Assembly: GCF_003334305.1 (NCBI RefSeq)
Contig: NZ_QOWS01000007.1
DNA: 64,000 nucleotides
Origin: Escherichia coli
GTDB taxonomy: Bacteria; Pseudomonadota; Gammaproteobacteria; Enterobacterales; Enterobacteriaceae
Strand: one strand, 5' to 3'
A model generated the notes under the pieces. The model made no database searches. It worked only from the letters and a program-made list of their open reading frames with translations, and was not told the origin of the DNA. The position numbers were made by a program, and so were the translations under genes. Within the stretch, counting starts at the first letter, position 1. Each line of letters begins with the position of its first letter. Shown here in pieces: positions 9,952 through 21,947 of the stretch.

Positions 9952-11532
9952 ATGAGTTATTCTGTGATGTTCGCTTTACTCCTGCTCACGCCGCTGCTTT
10001 TTTCGCTGCTCTGTTTTGCCTGCCGGAAACGGGGGCTCTCTGCGACTTGTACGGTGACTGTATTACATAGCTTAGGGATCACACTGCTGCTGATTCTGGC
10101 ACTCTGGGTGGTCCAAACTGCCGCTGATGCAGGAGAAATATTCGCTGCGGGACTGTGGCTTCATATTGATGGTCTGGGCGGTTTGTTCCTCGCCATTCTT
10201 GGTGTGATTGGCTTTCTCACCGGTGTTTACTCGATTGGCTACATGCGTCATGAAGTGGCACACGGCGAGCTTTCACCCGTTACACTGTGCGATTACTACG
10301 GTTTCTTCCATCTGTTTTTGTTCACCATGCTGCTGGTTGTTACCAGCAATAACCTGATTGTGATGTGGGCGGCGATCGAAGCCACCACCTTAAGCTCGGC
10401 GTTTCTGGTAGGCATTTACGGTCAGCGTTCATCGCTGGAATCAGCATGGAAGTACATCATTATTTGTACTGTTGGTGTCGCTTTTGGTCTGTTCGGTACC
10501 GTGCTGGTATACGCCAACGCCGCCAGCGTTATGCCGCAGGCAGAAATGGCGATATTCTGGAGCGAGGTTCTTAAGCAATCGTCCTTGCTTGACCCAACAT
10601 TAATGCTGTTGGCCTTTGTGTTTGTGCTAATTGGCTTTGGTACCAAAACCGGGCTATTTCCCATGCACGCCTGGCTGCCGGATGCTCACAGTGAAGCGCC
10701 GAGTCCGGTCAGCGCCCTGCTCTCCGCCGTATTGCTGAACTGCGCGCTGTTGGTGCTGATTCGCTATTACATCATTATTTGCCAAGCCATCGGCAGCGAT
10801 TTCCCCAACCGGTTGTTGCTCATCTTCGGCATGTTGTCGGTTGCCGTGGCGGCATTTTTCATTCTGGTACAGCGGGACATTAAGCGTCTGCTGGCGTACT
10901 CCAGCGTGGAGAACATGGGGCTGGTCGCGGTGGCGCTAGGCATTGGCGGGCCGCTGGGAATTTTTGCCGCGCTGCTGCACATCTTAAACCACAGTCTGGC
11001 AAAAACGCTGCTGTTCTGCGGTTCCGGCAATGTACTGCTCAAGTACGGCACGCGCGATCTCAACGTCGTCTGTGGGATGCTCAAAATCATGCCATTTACC
11101 GCCGTGCTGTTTGGCGGCGGTGCGCTGGCGCTGGCAGGGATGCCGCCCTACAACATTTTTCTTAGCGAATTTATGACCATTACCGCCGGACTGGCACGTA
11201 ATCACCTGCTGATTATCGTCCTGCTGTTATTGCTGTTAACGCTGGTGCTGGCGGGCCTGGTACGGATGGCAGCGCGGGTGTTAATGGCGAAACCGCCGCA
11301 GGCCGTTAACCGGGGTGATCTCGGCTGGTTGACCACCTCGCCAATGGTGATTCTGCTGGTCATGATGCTGGCGATGGGAACGCATATTCCACAACCTGTC
11401 ATCAGGATCCTGGCGGGCGCTTCCACTATAGTCCTCTCAGGGACGCACGACCTGCCTGCACAACGTAGCACCTGGCATGATTTTTTGCCTTCAGGCACCG
11501 CATCTGTTTCGGAGAAACACAGTGAACGTTAA
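9952..11532 (+). CDS. hyfF: hydrogenase-4 component F, NuoN/M-like membrane subunit
   Basis: 526-aa polytopic ORF with motif [13 protein letters not shown]. Confidence 0.9.
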   Translation: MSYSVMFALLLLTPLLFSLLCFACRKRGLSATCTVTVLHSLGITLLLILALWVVQTAADAGEIFAAGLWLHIDGLGGLFLAILGVIGFLTGVYSIGYMRHEVAHGELSPVTLCDYYGFFHLFLFTMLLVVTSNNLIVMWAAIEATTLSSAFLVGIYGQRSSLESAWKYIIICTVGVAFGLFGTVLVYANAASVMPQAEMAIFWSEVLKQSSLLDPTLMLLAFVFVLIGFGTKTGLFPMHAWLPDAHSEAPSPVSALLSAVLLNCALLVLIRYYIIICQAIGSDFPNRLLLIFGMLSVAVAAFFILVQRDIKRLLAYSSVENMGLVAVALGIGGPLGIFAALLHILNHSLAKTLLFCGSGNVLLKYGTRDLNVVCGMLKIMPFTAVLFGGGALALAGMPPYNIFLSEFMTITAGLARNHLLIIVLLLLLLTLVLAGLVRMAARVLMAKPPQAVNRGDLGWLTTSPMVILLVMMLAMGTHIPQPVIRILAGASTIVLSGTHDLPAQRSTWHDFLPSGTASVSEKHSER

Positions 11533-13237
11533 TTCATCGTCAAATCGTGGCGAAGCGATTCTCGCCGCCCTGAAAACGCAGTTCCCCGGCGCGGTGCTGG
11601 ATGAAGAGCGACAAACGCCTGAACAGGTCACCATTACGGTGAAAATCAATCTGCTGCCTGACGTTGTACATTATCTTTATTATCAACATGATGGCTGGCT
11701 TCCAGTCCTGTTTGGCAACGACGAGCGGACACTTAACGGTCATTACGCGGTTTATTATGCCCTTTCAATGGAAGGGGCCGAAAAATGCTGGATCGTGGTG
11801 AAGGCACTGGTCGATGCCGACAGTCGGGAGTTTCCGTCAGTCACACCGCGCGTCCCTGCCGCGGTCTGGGGCGAGCGAGAAATTCGCGATATGTACGGGC
11901 TGATTCCGGTTGGCCTGCCGGATCAGCGTCGCCTGGTGTTGCCCGATGACTGGCCGGAAGATATGCATCCGCTGCGCAAAGATGCGATGGATTATCGACT
12001 GCGCCCTGAACCGACGACAGATTCCGAAACGTATGCGTTTATCAATGAGGGCAACAGCGATGCGCGGGAGATCCCTGTCGGCCCGCTGCATATCACCTCC
12101 GATGAACCGGGTCACTTCCGCTTGTTTGTGGATGGCGAGCAAATTGTCGATGCTGATTACCGCCTGTTTTATGTCCATCGCGGCATGGAGAAACTGGCAG
12201 AAACGCGGATGGGCTACAACGAAGTGACCTTCTTATCGGACCGCGTGTGTGGGATTTGCGGTTTTGCCCACAGTGTGGCCTATACCAATTCGGTTGAAAA
12301 TGCACTGGGGATTGAGGTGCCGCAACGAGCACATACTATTCGCTCGATTCTGCTGGAAGTCGAACGGCTACACAGTCATTTGCTTAACCTTGGCCTCTCC
12401 TGCCATTTCGTTGGTTTTGATACCGGCTTTATGCAATTTTTCCGCGTGCGGGAAAAGTCGATGACGATGGCGGAATTGCTGATCGGGTCGCGTAAAACCT
12501 ACGGTCTGAATCTGATTGGTGGTGTTCGCCGCGATATTCTCAAAGAGCAACGTCTGCAAACGCTGAAACTGGTGCGCGAGATGCGCGCCGACGTGTCGGA
12601 GCTGGTAGAGATGCTGCTTGCCACGCCGAATATGGAACAACGCACTCAGGGCATTGGCATTCTCGACCGACAAATCGCCCGTGATTATAGCCCTGTAGGG
12701 CCGCTGATCCGCGGCAGTGGTTTTGCCCGTGATTTGCGCTTTGATCACCCCTACGCCGACTACGGCAATATTCCAAAAACACTGTTTACCTTTACCGGCG
12801 GCGATGTTTTCTCCCGCGTGATGGTCCGTGTCAAAGAGACGTTTGATTCGCTGGCAATGCTGGAATTTGCCCTCGACAACATGCCGGATACCCCACTGCT
12901 GACCGAAGGCTTTAGCTATAAACCTCACGCATTCGCGCTGGGCTTTGTTGAAGCGCCACGCGGTGAAGACGTGCACTGGAGCATGCTCGGTGATAACCAA
13001 AAATTGTTCCGCTGGCGCTGCCGTGCCGCCACCTACGCCAACTGGCCGGTGTTGCGTTACATGCTGCGCGGCAATACCGTTTCTGACGCACCGCTGATTA
13101 TCGGTAGCCTTGATCCCTGCTACTCCTGTACCGACCGTGTGACGCTGGTAGATGTGCGCAAGCGCCAGTCAAAAACCGTGCCGTATAAAGAGATCGAACG
13201 CTACGGCATTGATCGTAACCGTTCGCCGCTGAAGTAA
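11522..13237 (+). CDS. hyfG: hydrogenase-4 large (NiFe catalytic) subunit
   Basis: ORF 11477..13237; NiFe large-subunit N-terminal CGIC motif; precise start uncertain (GTG at 11522 or a downstream codon). Confidence 0.85.
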   Translation: MNVNSSSNRGEAILAALKTQFPGAVLDEERQTPEQVTITVKINLLPDVVHYLYYQHDGWLPVLFGNDERTLNGHYAVYYALSMEGAEKCWIVVKALVDADSREFPSVTPRVPAAVWGEREIRDMYGLIPVGLPDQRRLVLPDDWPEDMHPLRKDAMDYRLRPEPTTDSETYAFINEGNSDAREIPVGPLHITSDEPGHFRLFVDGEQIVDADYRLFYVHRGMEKLAETRMGYNEVTFLSDRVCGICGFAHSVAYTNSVENALGIEVPQRAHTIRSILLEVERLHSHLLNLGLSCHFVGFDTGFMQFFRVREKSMTMAELLIGSRKTYGLNLIGGVRRDILKEQRLQTLKLVREMRADVSELVEMLLATPNMEQRTQGIGILDRQIARDYSPVGPLIRGSGFARDLRFDHPYADYGNIPKTLFTFTGGDVFSRVMVRVKETFDSLAMLEFALDNMPDTPLLTEGFSYKPHAFALGFVEAPRGEDVHWSMLGDNQKLFRWRCRAATYANWPVLRYMLRGNTVSDAPLIIGSLDPCYSCTDRVTLVDVRKRQSKTVPYKEIERYGIDRNRSPLK

Positions 13238-13246
13238 GGACAGAAG

Positions 13247-13786
13247 ATGCTGAAGTTACTGAAAACTATTATGCGCGCCGGAACCGCGACGGTGAAATAT
13301 CCCTTCGCGCCACTGGAGGTCAGCCCAGGCTTTCGCGGGAAACCGGACCTGATGCCCAGCCAATGTATTGCCTGCGGCGCCTGTGCTTGTCCGGCAAATG
13401 CGCTGACTATCCAGACCGACGACCAGCAAAATTCGCGCACCTGGCAGCTCTATCTGAGGCGTTGTATTTACTGCGGACGTTGTGAAGAAGTGTGCCCGAC
13501 CAGAGCCATCCAGCTTACCAATAACTTTGAACTGACCGTCACCAATAAAGCCGATCTCTATACCCGCGCGACGTTCCATCTACAACGTTGCAGCCGTTGC
13601 GAACGCCCGTTTGCCCCGCAAAAAACCGTCGCACTGGCTGCTGAATTGTTGGCACAGCAACAAAATGCGCCACAAAACCGCGAAATGTTGCGGGCGCAAG
13701 CGAGCGTCTGCCCGGAGTGCAAACAACGCGCGACGCTGATCAACGACGATACAGATGTACCGCTGGTGGCTAAGGAGCAGCTATGA
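13247..13786 (+). CDS. hyfH: hydrogenase-4 component H, 4Fe-4S ferredoxin-type subunit
   Basis: 179-aa ORF with CxxCxxCxxxCP motifs, preceded by an AAGGA RBS. Confidence 0.9.
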   Translation: MLKLLKTIMRAGTATVKYPFAPLEVSPGFRGKPDLMPSQCIACGACACPANALTIQTDDQQNSRTWQLYLRRCIYCGRCEEVCPTRAIQLTNNFELTVTNKADLYTRATFHLQRCSRCERPFAPQKTVALAAELLAQQQNAPQNREMLRAQASVCPECKQRATLINDDTDVPLVAKEQL

Positions 13787-14541
13787 GTCCAGTGCTTACA
13801 CAACATGTCAGCCAGCCCATCACGCTGAACGAGCAAACGCAAAAGATGAAGCGGCATTTGCTACAGGATATCCGTCGCTCGGCTTACGTTTATCGCGTCG
13901 ATTGCGGCGGCTGCAACGCCTGTGAAATCGAAATTTTTGCTGCCATCACACCCGTATTCGACGCAGAACGTTTTGGCATTAAGGTTGTTTCATCACCGCG
14001 TCACGCCGATATTTTGTTATTTACTGGCGCAGTCACCCGGGCGATGCGTATGCCTGCACTTCGGGCGTATGAGTCTGCCCCCGATCATAAAATCTGTGTT
14101 TCCTACGGCGCGTGCGGTGTCGGCGGCGGTATTTTCCACGATCTCTACAGCGTCTGGGGCGGCAGCGACACCATTGTCCCCATTGATGTTTGGATCCCCG
14201 GCTGCCCGCCAACACCGGCCGCCACCATTCACGGTTTCGCCGTGGCGCTCGGTTTGCTGCAACAGAAGATTCACGCTGTGGATTATCGCGATCCCACCGG
14301 GGTGACTATGCAACCGCTGTGGCCGCAAATCCCGCCATCACAACGTATCGCCATTGAGCGAGAAGCGCGGCGGCTGGCGGGCTATCGTCAGGGGCGAGAA
14401 ATTTGCGATCGGCTCCTGCGCCATTTAAGCGACGATCCTACAGGAAATCGGGTTAACACCTGGTTGCGCGATGCCGACGATCCACGTCTCAATAGTATCG
14501 TTCAGCAACTCTTTCGCGTACTCCGGGGGTTACATGACTGA
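13783..14541 (+). CDS. hyfI: hydrogenase-4 small subunit (NuoB-like)
   Basis: 252-aa ORF overlapping the hyfH stop; NuoB-like cysteine motifs (CGGCNAC, GCPP). Confidence 0.9.
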   Translation: MSPVLTQHVSQPITLNEQTQKMKRHLLQDIRRSAYVYRVDCGGCNACEIEIFAAITPVFDAERFGIKVVSSPRHADILLFTGAVTRAMRMPALRAYESAPDHKICVSYGACGVGGGIFHDLYSVWGGSDTIVPIDVWIPGCPPTPAATIHGFAVALGLLQQKIHAVDYRDPTGVTMQPLWPQIPPSQRIAIEREARRLAGYRQGREICDRLLRHLSDDPTGNRVNTWLRDADDPRLNSIVQQLFRVLRGLHD

Positions 14542-14947
14542 AGAGTGCGGGGAAATTGTTTTCTGGACGCTGCGAAAAAAGTTTGTCGCCAGTAGCGACG
14601 AGATGCCGGAACACAGCTCTCAGGTAATGTATTACTCGCTGGCTATCGGTCATCACGTTGGCGTGATTGATTGTCTGAATGTCGCCTTCCGCTGCCCACT
14701 GACGGAATACGAAGATTGGCTTGCACTGGTCGAAGAGGAACAAGCCCGACGTAAGATGCTGGGGGTGATGACTTTTGGTGAGATTGTTATTGACGCCAGC
14801 CACACCGCCCTGTTGACCCGGGCATTCGCGCCACTGGCAGATGACGCGACGTCTGTGTGGCAGGCGCGTAGCATTCAATTCATTCATCTGTTGGATGAAA
14901 TTGTGCAGGAACCGGCCATCTATCTGATGGCCAGAAAAATTGCGTGA
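14534..14947 (+). CDS. hyfJ: hydrogenase-4 component J (HycH-like maturation factor)
   Basis: ORF 14471..14947; start set at [11 protein letters not shown] (137 aa), overlapping the hyfI end. Confidence 0.85.
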   Translation: MTEECGEIVFWTLRKKFVASSDEMPEHSSQVMYYSLAIGHHVGVIDCLNVAFRCPLTEYEDWLALVEEEQARRKMLGVMTFGEIVIDASHTALLTRAFAPLADDATSVWQARSIQFIHLLDEIVQEPAIYLMARKIA

Positions 14948-14976
14948 GAAGGATTTCTCATTAATAAGGACTGTTG

Positions 14977-16989
14977 ATGGCTATGTCAGACGAGGCGATG
15001 TTTGCCCCGCCACAAGGAATAACAATTGAAGCGGTAAACGGAATGCTCGCGGAGCGGTTAGCACAGAAACACGGTAAGGCGTCTTTATTACGCGCCTTCA
15101 TCCCGATGCCGCCGCCGTTCAGCCCGGTACAACTTATTGAACTGCATGTTCTCAAAAGCAACTTCTATTACCGCTACCATGATGATGGCAGCGATGTGAC
15201 GGCAACAACAGAGTATCAGGGCGAGATGGTCGATTATTCGCGTCACGCCGTCCTTCTCGGCAGTAGTGGAATGGCGGAGCTACGCTTTATTCGCACCCAC
15301 GGCAGCCGTTTTACTCCCCAGGATTGCACACTGTTTAACTGGCTGGCGCGGATAATCACCCCGGTTCTGCAATCATGGCTCAATGATGAAGAACAGCAGG
15401 TGGCGCTGCGTTTGCTGGAGAAAGATCGCGATCATCATCGGGTACTGGTTGATATTACTAATGCAGTGCTGTCACATCTTGATCTCGACGATCTGATCGC
15501 TGACGTCGCTCGTGAGATCCATCATTTTTTCGGTCTGGCTTCAGTCAGTATGGTACTGGGCGATCATCGAAAGAACGAGAAGTTTAGCCTGTGGTGCAGC
15601 GATCTTTCTGCCTCACATTGTGCGTGTCTGCCACGCAATATGCCTGGCGACAGTGTATTGCTGACACAAACGCTACAAACCCGACAACCGACCTTGACGC
15701 ACCGTGCAGACGATCTGTTTCTCTGGCAACGCGACCCGTTATTACTCTTACTTGCATCTAACGGCTGCGAATCTGTGCTCCTTATACCGCTTACCTTTGG
15801 CAACCATACACCGGGTGCATTGTTGCTGGCGCATACCTCTTCCACTCTCTTTAGTGAGGAAAACTGCCAGCTACTACAACACATAGCCGATCGCATCGCT
15901 ATTGCCGTTGGCAATGCCGATGCCTGGCGTAGCATGACCGATTTGCAGGAAAGTTTGCAGCAAGAAAACCACCAGCTTAGCGAGCAGCTCCTTTCGAATC
16001 TGGGCATCGGTGACATTATCTATCAAAGCCAGGCAATGGAAGACCTGCTCCAGCAGGTAGATATTGTGGCGAAGAGCGACAGTACGGTGTTGATTTGCGG
16101 TGAAACCGGAACCGGCAAAGAGGTGATCGCCAGAGCGATCCATCAACTTAGCCCGCGACGCGACAAGCCGCTGGTCAAAATCAACTGCGCTGCCATCCCC
16201 GCCAGTCTTCTGGAAAGTGAGTTATTCGGTCATGACAAAGGGGCGTTTACTGGTGCGATTAATACCCATCGTGGTCGTTTTGAAATTGCCGATGGCGGCA
16301 CGTTGTTTCTCGATGAAATTGGCGATCTGCCGTTAGAACTTCAGCCTAAACTGCTGCGCGTATTGCAGGAACGGGAGATTGAGCGTCTCGGCGGGAGTAG
16401 AACGATCCCGGTAAATGTCAGAGTCATTGCCGCCACCAACCGTGATTTGTGGCAAATGGTTGAAGATCGCCAGTTTCGCAGCGATCTCTTTTATCGCCTG
16501 AATGTCTTCCCACTGGAATTGCCGCCGCTGCGCGACCGTCCGGAAGATATCCCTCTTTTAGCAAAGCATTTCACGCAAAAAATGGCGCGCCATATGAATC
16601 GTTCAATTGACGCCATCCCGACCGAGGCGCTACGCCAGTTGATGTCGTGGGACTGGCCGGGCAACGTGCGCGAGCTGGAAAACGTGATTGAGCGAGCGGT
16701 ACTGCTGACTCGCGGTAACAGTCTGAATTTACATCTTAATGTCCGACAAAGCCGTTTACTGCCGACGCTAAATGAAGATTCAGCGCTTCGCAGTTCAATG
16801 GCGCAGTTGCTGCACCCGACGACGCCAGAGAATGACGAAGAAGAACGTCAGCGCATTGTTCAGGTATTGCGAGAAACCAATGGCATTGTTGCCGGGCCCC
16901 GTGGCGCGGCGACACGATTAGGGATGAAGCGCACCACGCTGCTGTCACGAATGCAGCGTCTGGGAATCTCGGTTCGCGAGGTGTTGTAA
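14977..16989 (+). CDS. hyfR: sigma-54-dependent transcriptional activator of the hyf operon (FhlA paralogue)
   Basis: 671-aa ORF with AAA+ sigma-54 activator motifs ([14 protein letters not shown]) and a C-terminal HTH; start at the second Met. Confidence 0.9.
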   Translation: MAMSDEAMFAPPQGITIEAVNGMLAERLAQKHGKASLLRAFIPMPPPFSPVQLIELHVLKSNFYYRYHDDGSDVTATTEYQGEMVDYSRHAVLLGSSGMAELRFIRTHGSRFTPQDCTLFNWLARIITPVLQSWLNDEEQQVALRLLEKDRDHHRVLVDITNAVLSHLDLDDLIADVAREIHHFFGLASVSMVLGDHRKNEKFSLWCSDLSASHCACLPRNMPGDSVLLTQTLQTRQPTLTHRADDLFLWQRDPLLLLLASNGCESVLLIPLTFGNHTPGALLLAHTSSTLFSEENCQLLQHIADRIAIAVGNADAWRSMTDLQESLQQENHQLSEQLLSNLGIGDIIYQSQAMEDLLQQVDIVAKSDSTVLICGETGTGKEVIARAIHQLSPRRDKPLVKINCAAIPASLLESELFGHDKGAFTGAINTHRGRFEIADGGTLFLDEIGDLPLELQPKLLRVLQEREIERLGGSRTIPVNVRVIAATNRDLWQMVEDRQFRSDLFYRLNVFPLELPPLRDRPEDIPLLAKHFTQKMARHMNRSIDAIPTEALRQLMSWDWPGNVRELENVIERAVLLTRGNSLNLHLNVRQSRLLPTLNEDSALRSSMAQLLHPTTPENDEEERQRIVQVLRETNGIVAGPRGAATRLGMKRTTLLSRMQRLGISVREVL

Positions 16990-17010
16990 TCTGCTTTTGC
17001 AGGAGTATGC

Positions 17011-17859
17011 ATGAGAAACAAACTCTCTTTCGACTTGCAGTTGAGCGCCAGAAAAGCGGCAATCGCTGAACGGATTGCTGCCCATAAAATTGCCCGCAGT
17101 AAAGTGTCGGTCTTTTTAATGGCGATGTCCGCTGGCGTGTTTATGGCGATCGGATTTACTTTTTACCTTTCAGTTATCGCCGATGCCCCGTCTTCACAGG
17201 CATTAACCCATCTGGTGGGCGGCCTTTGCTTTACACTTGGCTTTATTTTGCTGGCGGTTTGCGGCACCAACCTGTTCACCTCGTCGGTAATGACGGTAAT
17301 GGCAAAAAGTCGGGGCGTTATTAGTTGGCGAACTTGGCTGATTAACGCACTTCTGGTGGCCTGCGGTAATCTGGCAGGTATTGCCTGTTTCAGTTTGTTA
17401 ATCTGGTTTTCCGGGCTGGTGATGAGTGAAAACGCGATGTGGGGAGTCGCGGTTTTACACTGCGCCGAGGGCAAAATGCATCATACATTTACTGAATCTG
17501 TCAGCCTCGGCATTATGTGCAATCTGATGGTTTGCCTGGCGCTGTGGATGAGTTATTGCGGGCGTTCGTTATGCGACAAAATCGTCGCCATGATTTTGCC
17601 CATCACCCTGTTTGTCGCCAGTGGCTTTGAGCACTATATCGCCAATTTGTTTGTGATTCCGTTCGCCATTGCCATTCGCCATTTCGCCCCTACCTCCTTC
17701 TGGCAACTGGCGCACAGTAGCGCAGACAATTTTCCGGCACTGACGGTCAGCCATTTTATTACCGCCAATCTGCTCCCGGTGATGCTGGGTAATATTATCG
17801 GCGGTGCAGTGCTGGTGAGTATTTGTTATCGGGCTATTTATTTACGTCAGGAATCCTGA
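17011..17859 (+). CDS. focB: formate channel, FNT family
   Basis: 282-aa polytopic membrane ORF immediately downstream of hyfR. Confidence 0.9.
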   Translation: MRNKLSFDLQLSARKAAIAERIAAHKIARSKVSVFLMAMSAGVFMAIGFTFYLSVIADAPSSQALTHLVGGLCFTLGFILLAVCGTNLFTSSVMTVMAKSRGVISWRTWLINALLVACGNLAGIACFSLLIWFSGLVMSENAMWGVAVLHCAEGKMHHTFTESVSLGIMCNLMVCLALWMSYCGRSLCDKIVAMILPITLFVASGFEHYIANLFVIPFAIAIRHFAPTSFWQLAHSSADNFPALTVSHFITANLLPVMLGNIIGGAVLVSICYRAIYLRQES

Positions 17860-17895
17860 AAAATCAGCCCGGCGAAACAGTTCGTCGGGCTGAAG
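17860..17895. terminator. bidirectional hairpin terminator between convergent focB and perM
   Basis: 12-bp stem (cagcccggcgaa/ttcgtcgggctg, one mismatch) flanked by an A-run and a T-rich tract. Confidence 0.45.
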
Positions 17896-17896
17896 A

Positions 17897-18958
17897 TTAT
17901 TCTTGCGCGATTTGCCCATCGGGCCAGGCGTGGATCACGGCTTTGATCAGCGTCGCCAATGGAATGGCGAAGAATACGCCCCAGAATCCCCACAAACCAC
18001 CGAAGATCACCACCGATAAAATAATCACCAGCGGATGCAGGTTAACCGCTTCGGAGAACAACACCGGTACTAGCAGGTTGCCGTCCAGCGCCTGAATAAT
18101 CAGATACACCGCGAAGCAGCTCCAGAATTCCGTGCCTGCGCCAAACTGGAATAGCGCCACGCCAACCACCGGAATGGTCACCACAAATGCGCCAATGTAC
18201 GGAATAAGAACCGAGAAGCCGACCAGCACCGCCAGCAGCAGCGAATAGTTCAGCCCAAAGAGCAAGAACCCCAGCCAGGTGGCGATCCCCACCACGATCA
18301 TCTCCAGCACTTTGCCGCGGATATAGTTGGTGATTTGTTGATTCATCTCCTTCCACACCTGTCCTGCCAGTCCACGGTTGCGCGGCAGCACCCGACGAAC
18401 GGCGTTCAGCATCTGCTCTTTGTCTTTCAGCAGGAAGAAGACCATCAATGGCACCAGCACCAGATAGACGGCAATGGTCAGCAAACCGACCAGCGAGGCG
18501 AGGGAAATTTTCACCACCGAATCGCCCATGGTCAGCATCCGACTGCGCATATTTTCGGCCATTGCATCAATAATGCCCGCGTCCATTAACGCCGGATAGC
18601 GACGCGGCAACGTGGCGGCAAAGTCAGAAAGCTTATTGAGCATCCCCGGCATATCGCGGATTAAGTAGATGCCCTGTTGCCAGGCGATAGGCAGTACCAC
18701 GAACGCCATCAGTAGCAATATACCGACAAAAACCACCAATACAATCGACGTCGCCCAGCGGCGGGAGCAGCCAATAGATTGCAGGCGCACGGTTGGCCAT
18801 TCCAGCAAATAGGCCAGCACAATAGCCACCAGCAACGGAGCAAGCAGGCCACTAAAGAAAAAGATAATGCCAAATCCGGCAACTAAAATAACCAGCAAGG
18901 CAATCGCTTCCGGGTCGCTAAAACGGCGGCGATACCATTGCATCAACATTTCGAGCAT
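17897..18958 (-). CDS. perM: AI-2E family permease
   Basis: 353-aa polytopic membrane ORF recognised as YfgO/PerM. Confidence 0.9.
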   Translation of the reverse strand: MLEMLMQWYRRRFSDPEAIALLVILVAGFGIIFFFSGLLAPLLVAIVLAYLLEWPTVRLQSIGCSRRWATSIVLVVFVGILLLMAFVVLPIAWQQGIYLIRDMPGMLNKLSDFAATLPRRYPALMDAGIIDAMAENMRSRMLTMGDSVVKISLASLVGLLTIAVYLVLVPLMVFFLLKDKEQMLNAVRRVLPRNRGLAGQVWKEMNQQITNYIRGKVLEMIVVGIATWLGFLLFGLNYSLLLAVLVGFSVLIPYIGAFVVTIPVVGVALFQFGAGTEFWSCFAVYLIIQALDGNLLVPVLFSEAVNLHPLVIILSVVIFGGLWGFWGVFFAIPLATLIKAVIHAWPDGQIAQE

Positions 18959-19170
18959 AAAAACCTTCCCTGAACCTCAAGAGCGGGATTGCGATCCGCA
19001 ATTGTATCGAAATGTCACAAAAAAGACTTCGCTTTTTATGACGGATTCAGGAAACTGAAAAGTCATTTGAGTGGGCTAATCTTCGCCGTTACACTCAAAG
19101 GCGGCGCGGTGGGAACGATATTTAACAGTATCGGTCAAATGACTATCTTCAGAAATACAGGATAGAGGTT

Positions 19171-20634
19171 ATGTTCAGGCAGTTGAAAAAAAACCTGGTT
19201 GCAACCCTCATTGCTGCTATGACCATTGGTCAGGTAGCCCCGGCGTTTGCCGACAGCGCAGACACCTTGCCGGATATGGGAACCTCCGCAGGAAGCACGC
19301 TTTCCATTGGTCAGGAAATGCAGATGGGCGACTATTATGTCCGCCAGCTACGCGGCAGCGCGCCGTTAATTAATGACCCGCTGTTAACGCAATATATTAA
19401 TTCGCTGGGGATGCGTCTGGTTTCGCATGCCAATTCGGTTAAGACACCGTTTCATTTTTTTCTGATCAACAACGACGAAATTAACGCCTTTGCTTTCTTT
19501 GGCGGCAACGTGGTGCTGCACTCTGCCCTGTTCCGTTATTCCGATAACGAAAGTCAACTGGCTTCAGTTATGGCGCACGAAATCTCCCACGTCACCCAAC
19601 GTCACCTGGCGCGAGCGATGGAAGATCAACAACGCAGCGCGCCGCTGACCTGGGTCGGCGCGTTAGGTTCTATTTTACTGGCGATGGCCAGTCCGCAGGC
19701 GGGGATGGCGGCGCTGACCGGTACACTGGCGGGAACACGTCAGGGGATGATCAGTTTCACCCAGCAAAATGAACAGGAAGCGGACCGCATTGGTATTCAG
19801 GTGCTGCAACGCTCGGGATTCGATCCGCAGGCGATGCCAACCTTCCTCGAAAAATTACTCGATCAGGCGCGTTACTCCTCGCGCCCGCCGGAAATTTTAT
19901 TGACTCACCCGTTGCCGGAAAGTCGTCTGGCAGATGCCCGCAACCGTGCTAATCAGATGCGACCGATGGTGGTGCAGTCGTCGGAAGATTTCTATCTGGC
20001 GAAAGCGCGCACACTGGGGATGTATAATTCCGGACGTAACCAGCTCACCAGTGATTTGCTGGATGAATGGGCGAAAGGAAACGTTCGTCAGCAACGAGCG
20101 GCGCAATATGGTCGTGCTTTACAGGCGATGGAAGCCAATAAATACGACGAGGCGCGTAAAACGCTGCAACCGTTACTGGCGGCAGAACCTGGCAACGCAT
20201 GGTATCTCGATCTGGCTACCGATATCGATCTTGGGCAAAACAAAGCCAATGAGGCAATCAATCGCCTGAAAAATGCCCGTGATTTGCGCACCAATCCGGT
20301 GTTGCAGCTCAACCTGGCGAACGCTTATCTACAAGGCGGTCAACCACAAGAAGCGGCCAATATTCTCAATCGCTACACTTTTAACAATAAAGATGACAGC
20401 AACGGCTGGGATTTACTGGCACAGGCGGAAGCCGCGCTAAATAACCGCGATCAGGAACTGGCTGCGCGAGCAGAAGGTTATGCGCTCGCCGGGCGACTCG
20501 ATCAGGCCATTTCGCTGTTGAGTAGCGCCAGTTCGCAGGTGAAATTAGGCAGCCTGCAACAAGCGCGTTACGATGCGCGCATCGACCAGTTGCGCCAGCT
20601 GCAGGAACGCTTTAAGCCTTATACCAAGATGTAA
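19171..20634 (+). CDS. bepA: periplasmic M48 metalloprotease/chaperone with TPR repeats (beta-barrel assembly-enhancing protease)
   Basis: 487-aa ORF with signal peptide and HEISH (HExxH) zinc motif. Confidence 0.92.
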
Positions 20635-20654
20635 TTCGCATTAAAGGAAGAACA

Positions 20655-21014
20655 ATGACCAAACAGGTAAAAATCTACCATAACCCACGCTGTTCAAAGA
20701 GCCGGGAAACGCTGAACCTGCTGAAAGAAAACGGCGTGGAGCCAGAAGTGGTGCTCTACCTTGAGACACCCGCCGATGCGGCAACGCTGCGCGATTTGCT
20801 GAAAATGCTGGGGATGAATAGCGCCCGTGAATTGATGCGCCAGAAAGAGGATCTTTATAAAGAACTGAACCTGGCTGACAGTTCGCTTAGCGAAGAGGCG
20901 CTGATTCAGGCAATGGTGGATAATCCGAAGCTAATGGAGCGCCCGATTGTGGTCGCGAATGGCAAAGCGCGGATTGGTCGTCCACCGGAGCAGGTACTGG
21001 AAATCGTGGGTTAA
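20655..21014 (+). CDS. yfgD: ArsC/Spx-family reductase-like protein
   Basis: 119-aa ORF with N-terminal catalytic Cys (YHNPRCSKSR). Confidence 0.85.
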   Translation: MTKQVKIYHNPRCSKSRETLNLLKENGVEPEVVLYLETPADAATLRDLLKMLGMNSARELMRQKEDLYKELNLADSSLSEEALIQAMVDNPKLMERPIVVANGKARIGRPPEQVLEIVG

Positions 21015-21043
21015 GATGTGCTCCATCGCTAGTTGAAGCACAT

Positions 21044-21138
21044 TGCCGGATGCGACGCTTGCCACGTCTTATCCGGCCTACGAATACTATGGATTAACTT
21101 CGCGTAGTTCGGATAAGGCGTTCGCGCCGCATCCGACA
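21044..21138. repeat. BIME: two inverted REP elements
   Basis: tgccggatgcgacgcttgccacgtcttatccggcctacg and its inverted partner cgcgtagttcggataaggcgttcgcgccgcatccgaca. Confidence 0.55.
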
Positions 21139-21151
21139 ATAAACACCTTAT

Positions 21152-21853
21152 CTACAACTTCAGAATTTCTTTCACAAACGGAATGGTCAGCTTACGTTGC
21201 GCGGTAATCGACGCACGATCCAACTGATCCAACGTCATAAATAGCGTGCGCATTTCTCTGTCGAGCCGCTTCAGCAAGAAACGCCCCACATCTTCCGGCA
21301 GTTCAAAACCACGCAAACGCGCGCGTAACTGTAGCGCCTGCAACTTATCTTCATCAGAAAGTGGCTGCAATTTGTAGATCTGCCCCCAGTCGAGTCGCGA
21401 CGCGAGATCCGGTAACCCCAGATTCAACTGCCGCGGTGGACGATCGCCGGTGATCAACAATCGTGTTTTGCCCGATTCCAGAATTCGATTGTAGAGATCG
21501 AAAATCGCCATCTCCCACAACTCATCGCCTGCAATACACTCAATGTTGTCGATACAGACCAGCGACAAATGCTCCATACCGTCGAGCACTTCCGGAACAA
21601 ACCAGGTGCGTTTATCCAGCGGGACATAGCCCACCGCATCGCCACGCTGCGACAATTCCGCGCAAGCCGCGTGCAGCAGATGGCTGCGCCCCGCGCCTTC
21701 GCGTGCCCAGAGATAGATGTAACCGCTATGTTCCTGACGCAGCACGTTTTGCAGCGCAGCCAGTAAAGAGGAGTTATCCCCCGGCCAGAAACTTGCAAAG
21801 GTTTCGTCGTCAGGAAGATAAAGTGGCAAAGAGAGCTGTGCCGGTGTGTTCAG
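21152..21853 (-). CDS. hda: DnaA-inactivating AAA+ protein Hda
   Basis: ORF 21152..21898; the recognised Hda N-terminus ([18 protein letters not shown]) begins at a CTG codon at 21853 (233 aa). Confidence 0.85.
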
Positions 21854-21947
21854 AGATACCTCAACCAGGATTTCACAAAATCGCGAGAAGTTTACCACAG
21901 AATCCCATGATGTTTGAACCGGGCAGCAACACTGCCCGGTCGGTACA

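Noticed and set aside
12368-13000. 210-aa minus-strand ORF inside hyfG
   Set aside because: Antisense to the NiFe large-subunit gene; an artefact of GC-rich third positions.
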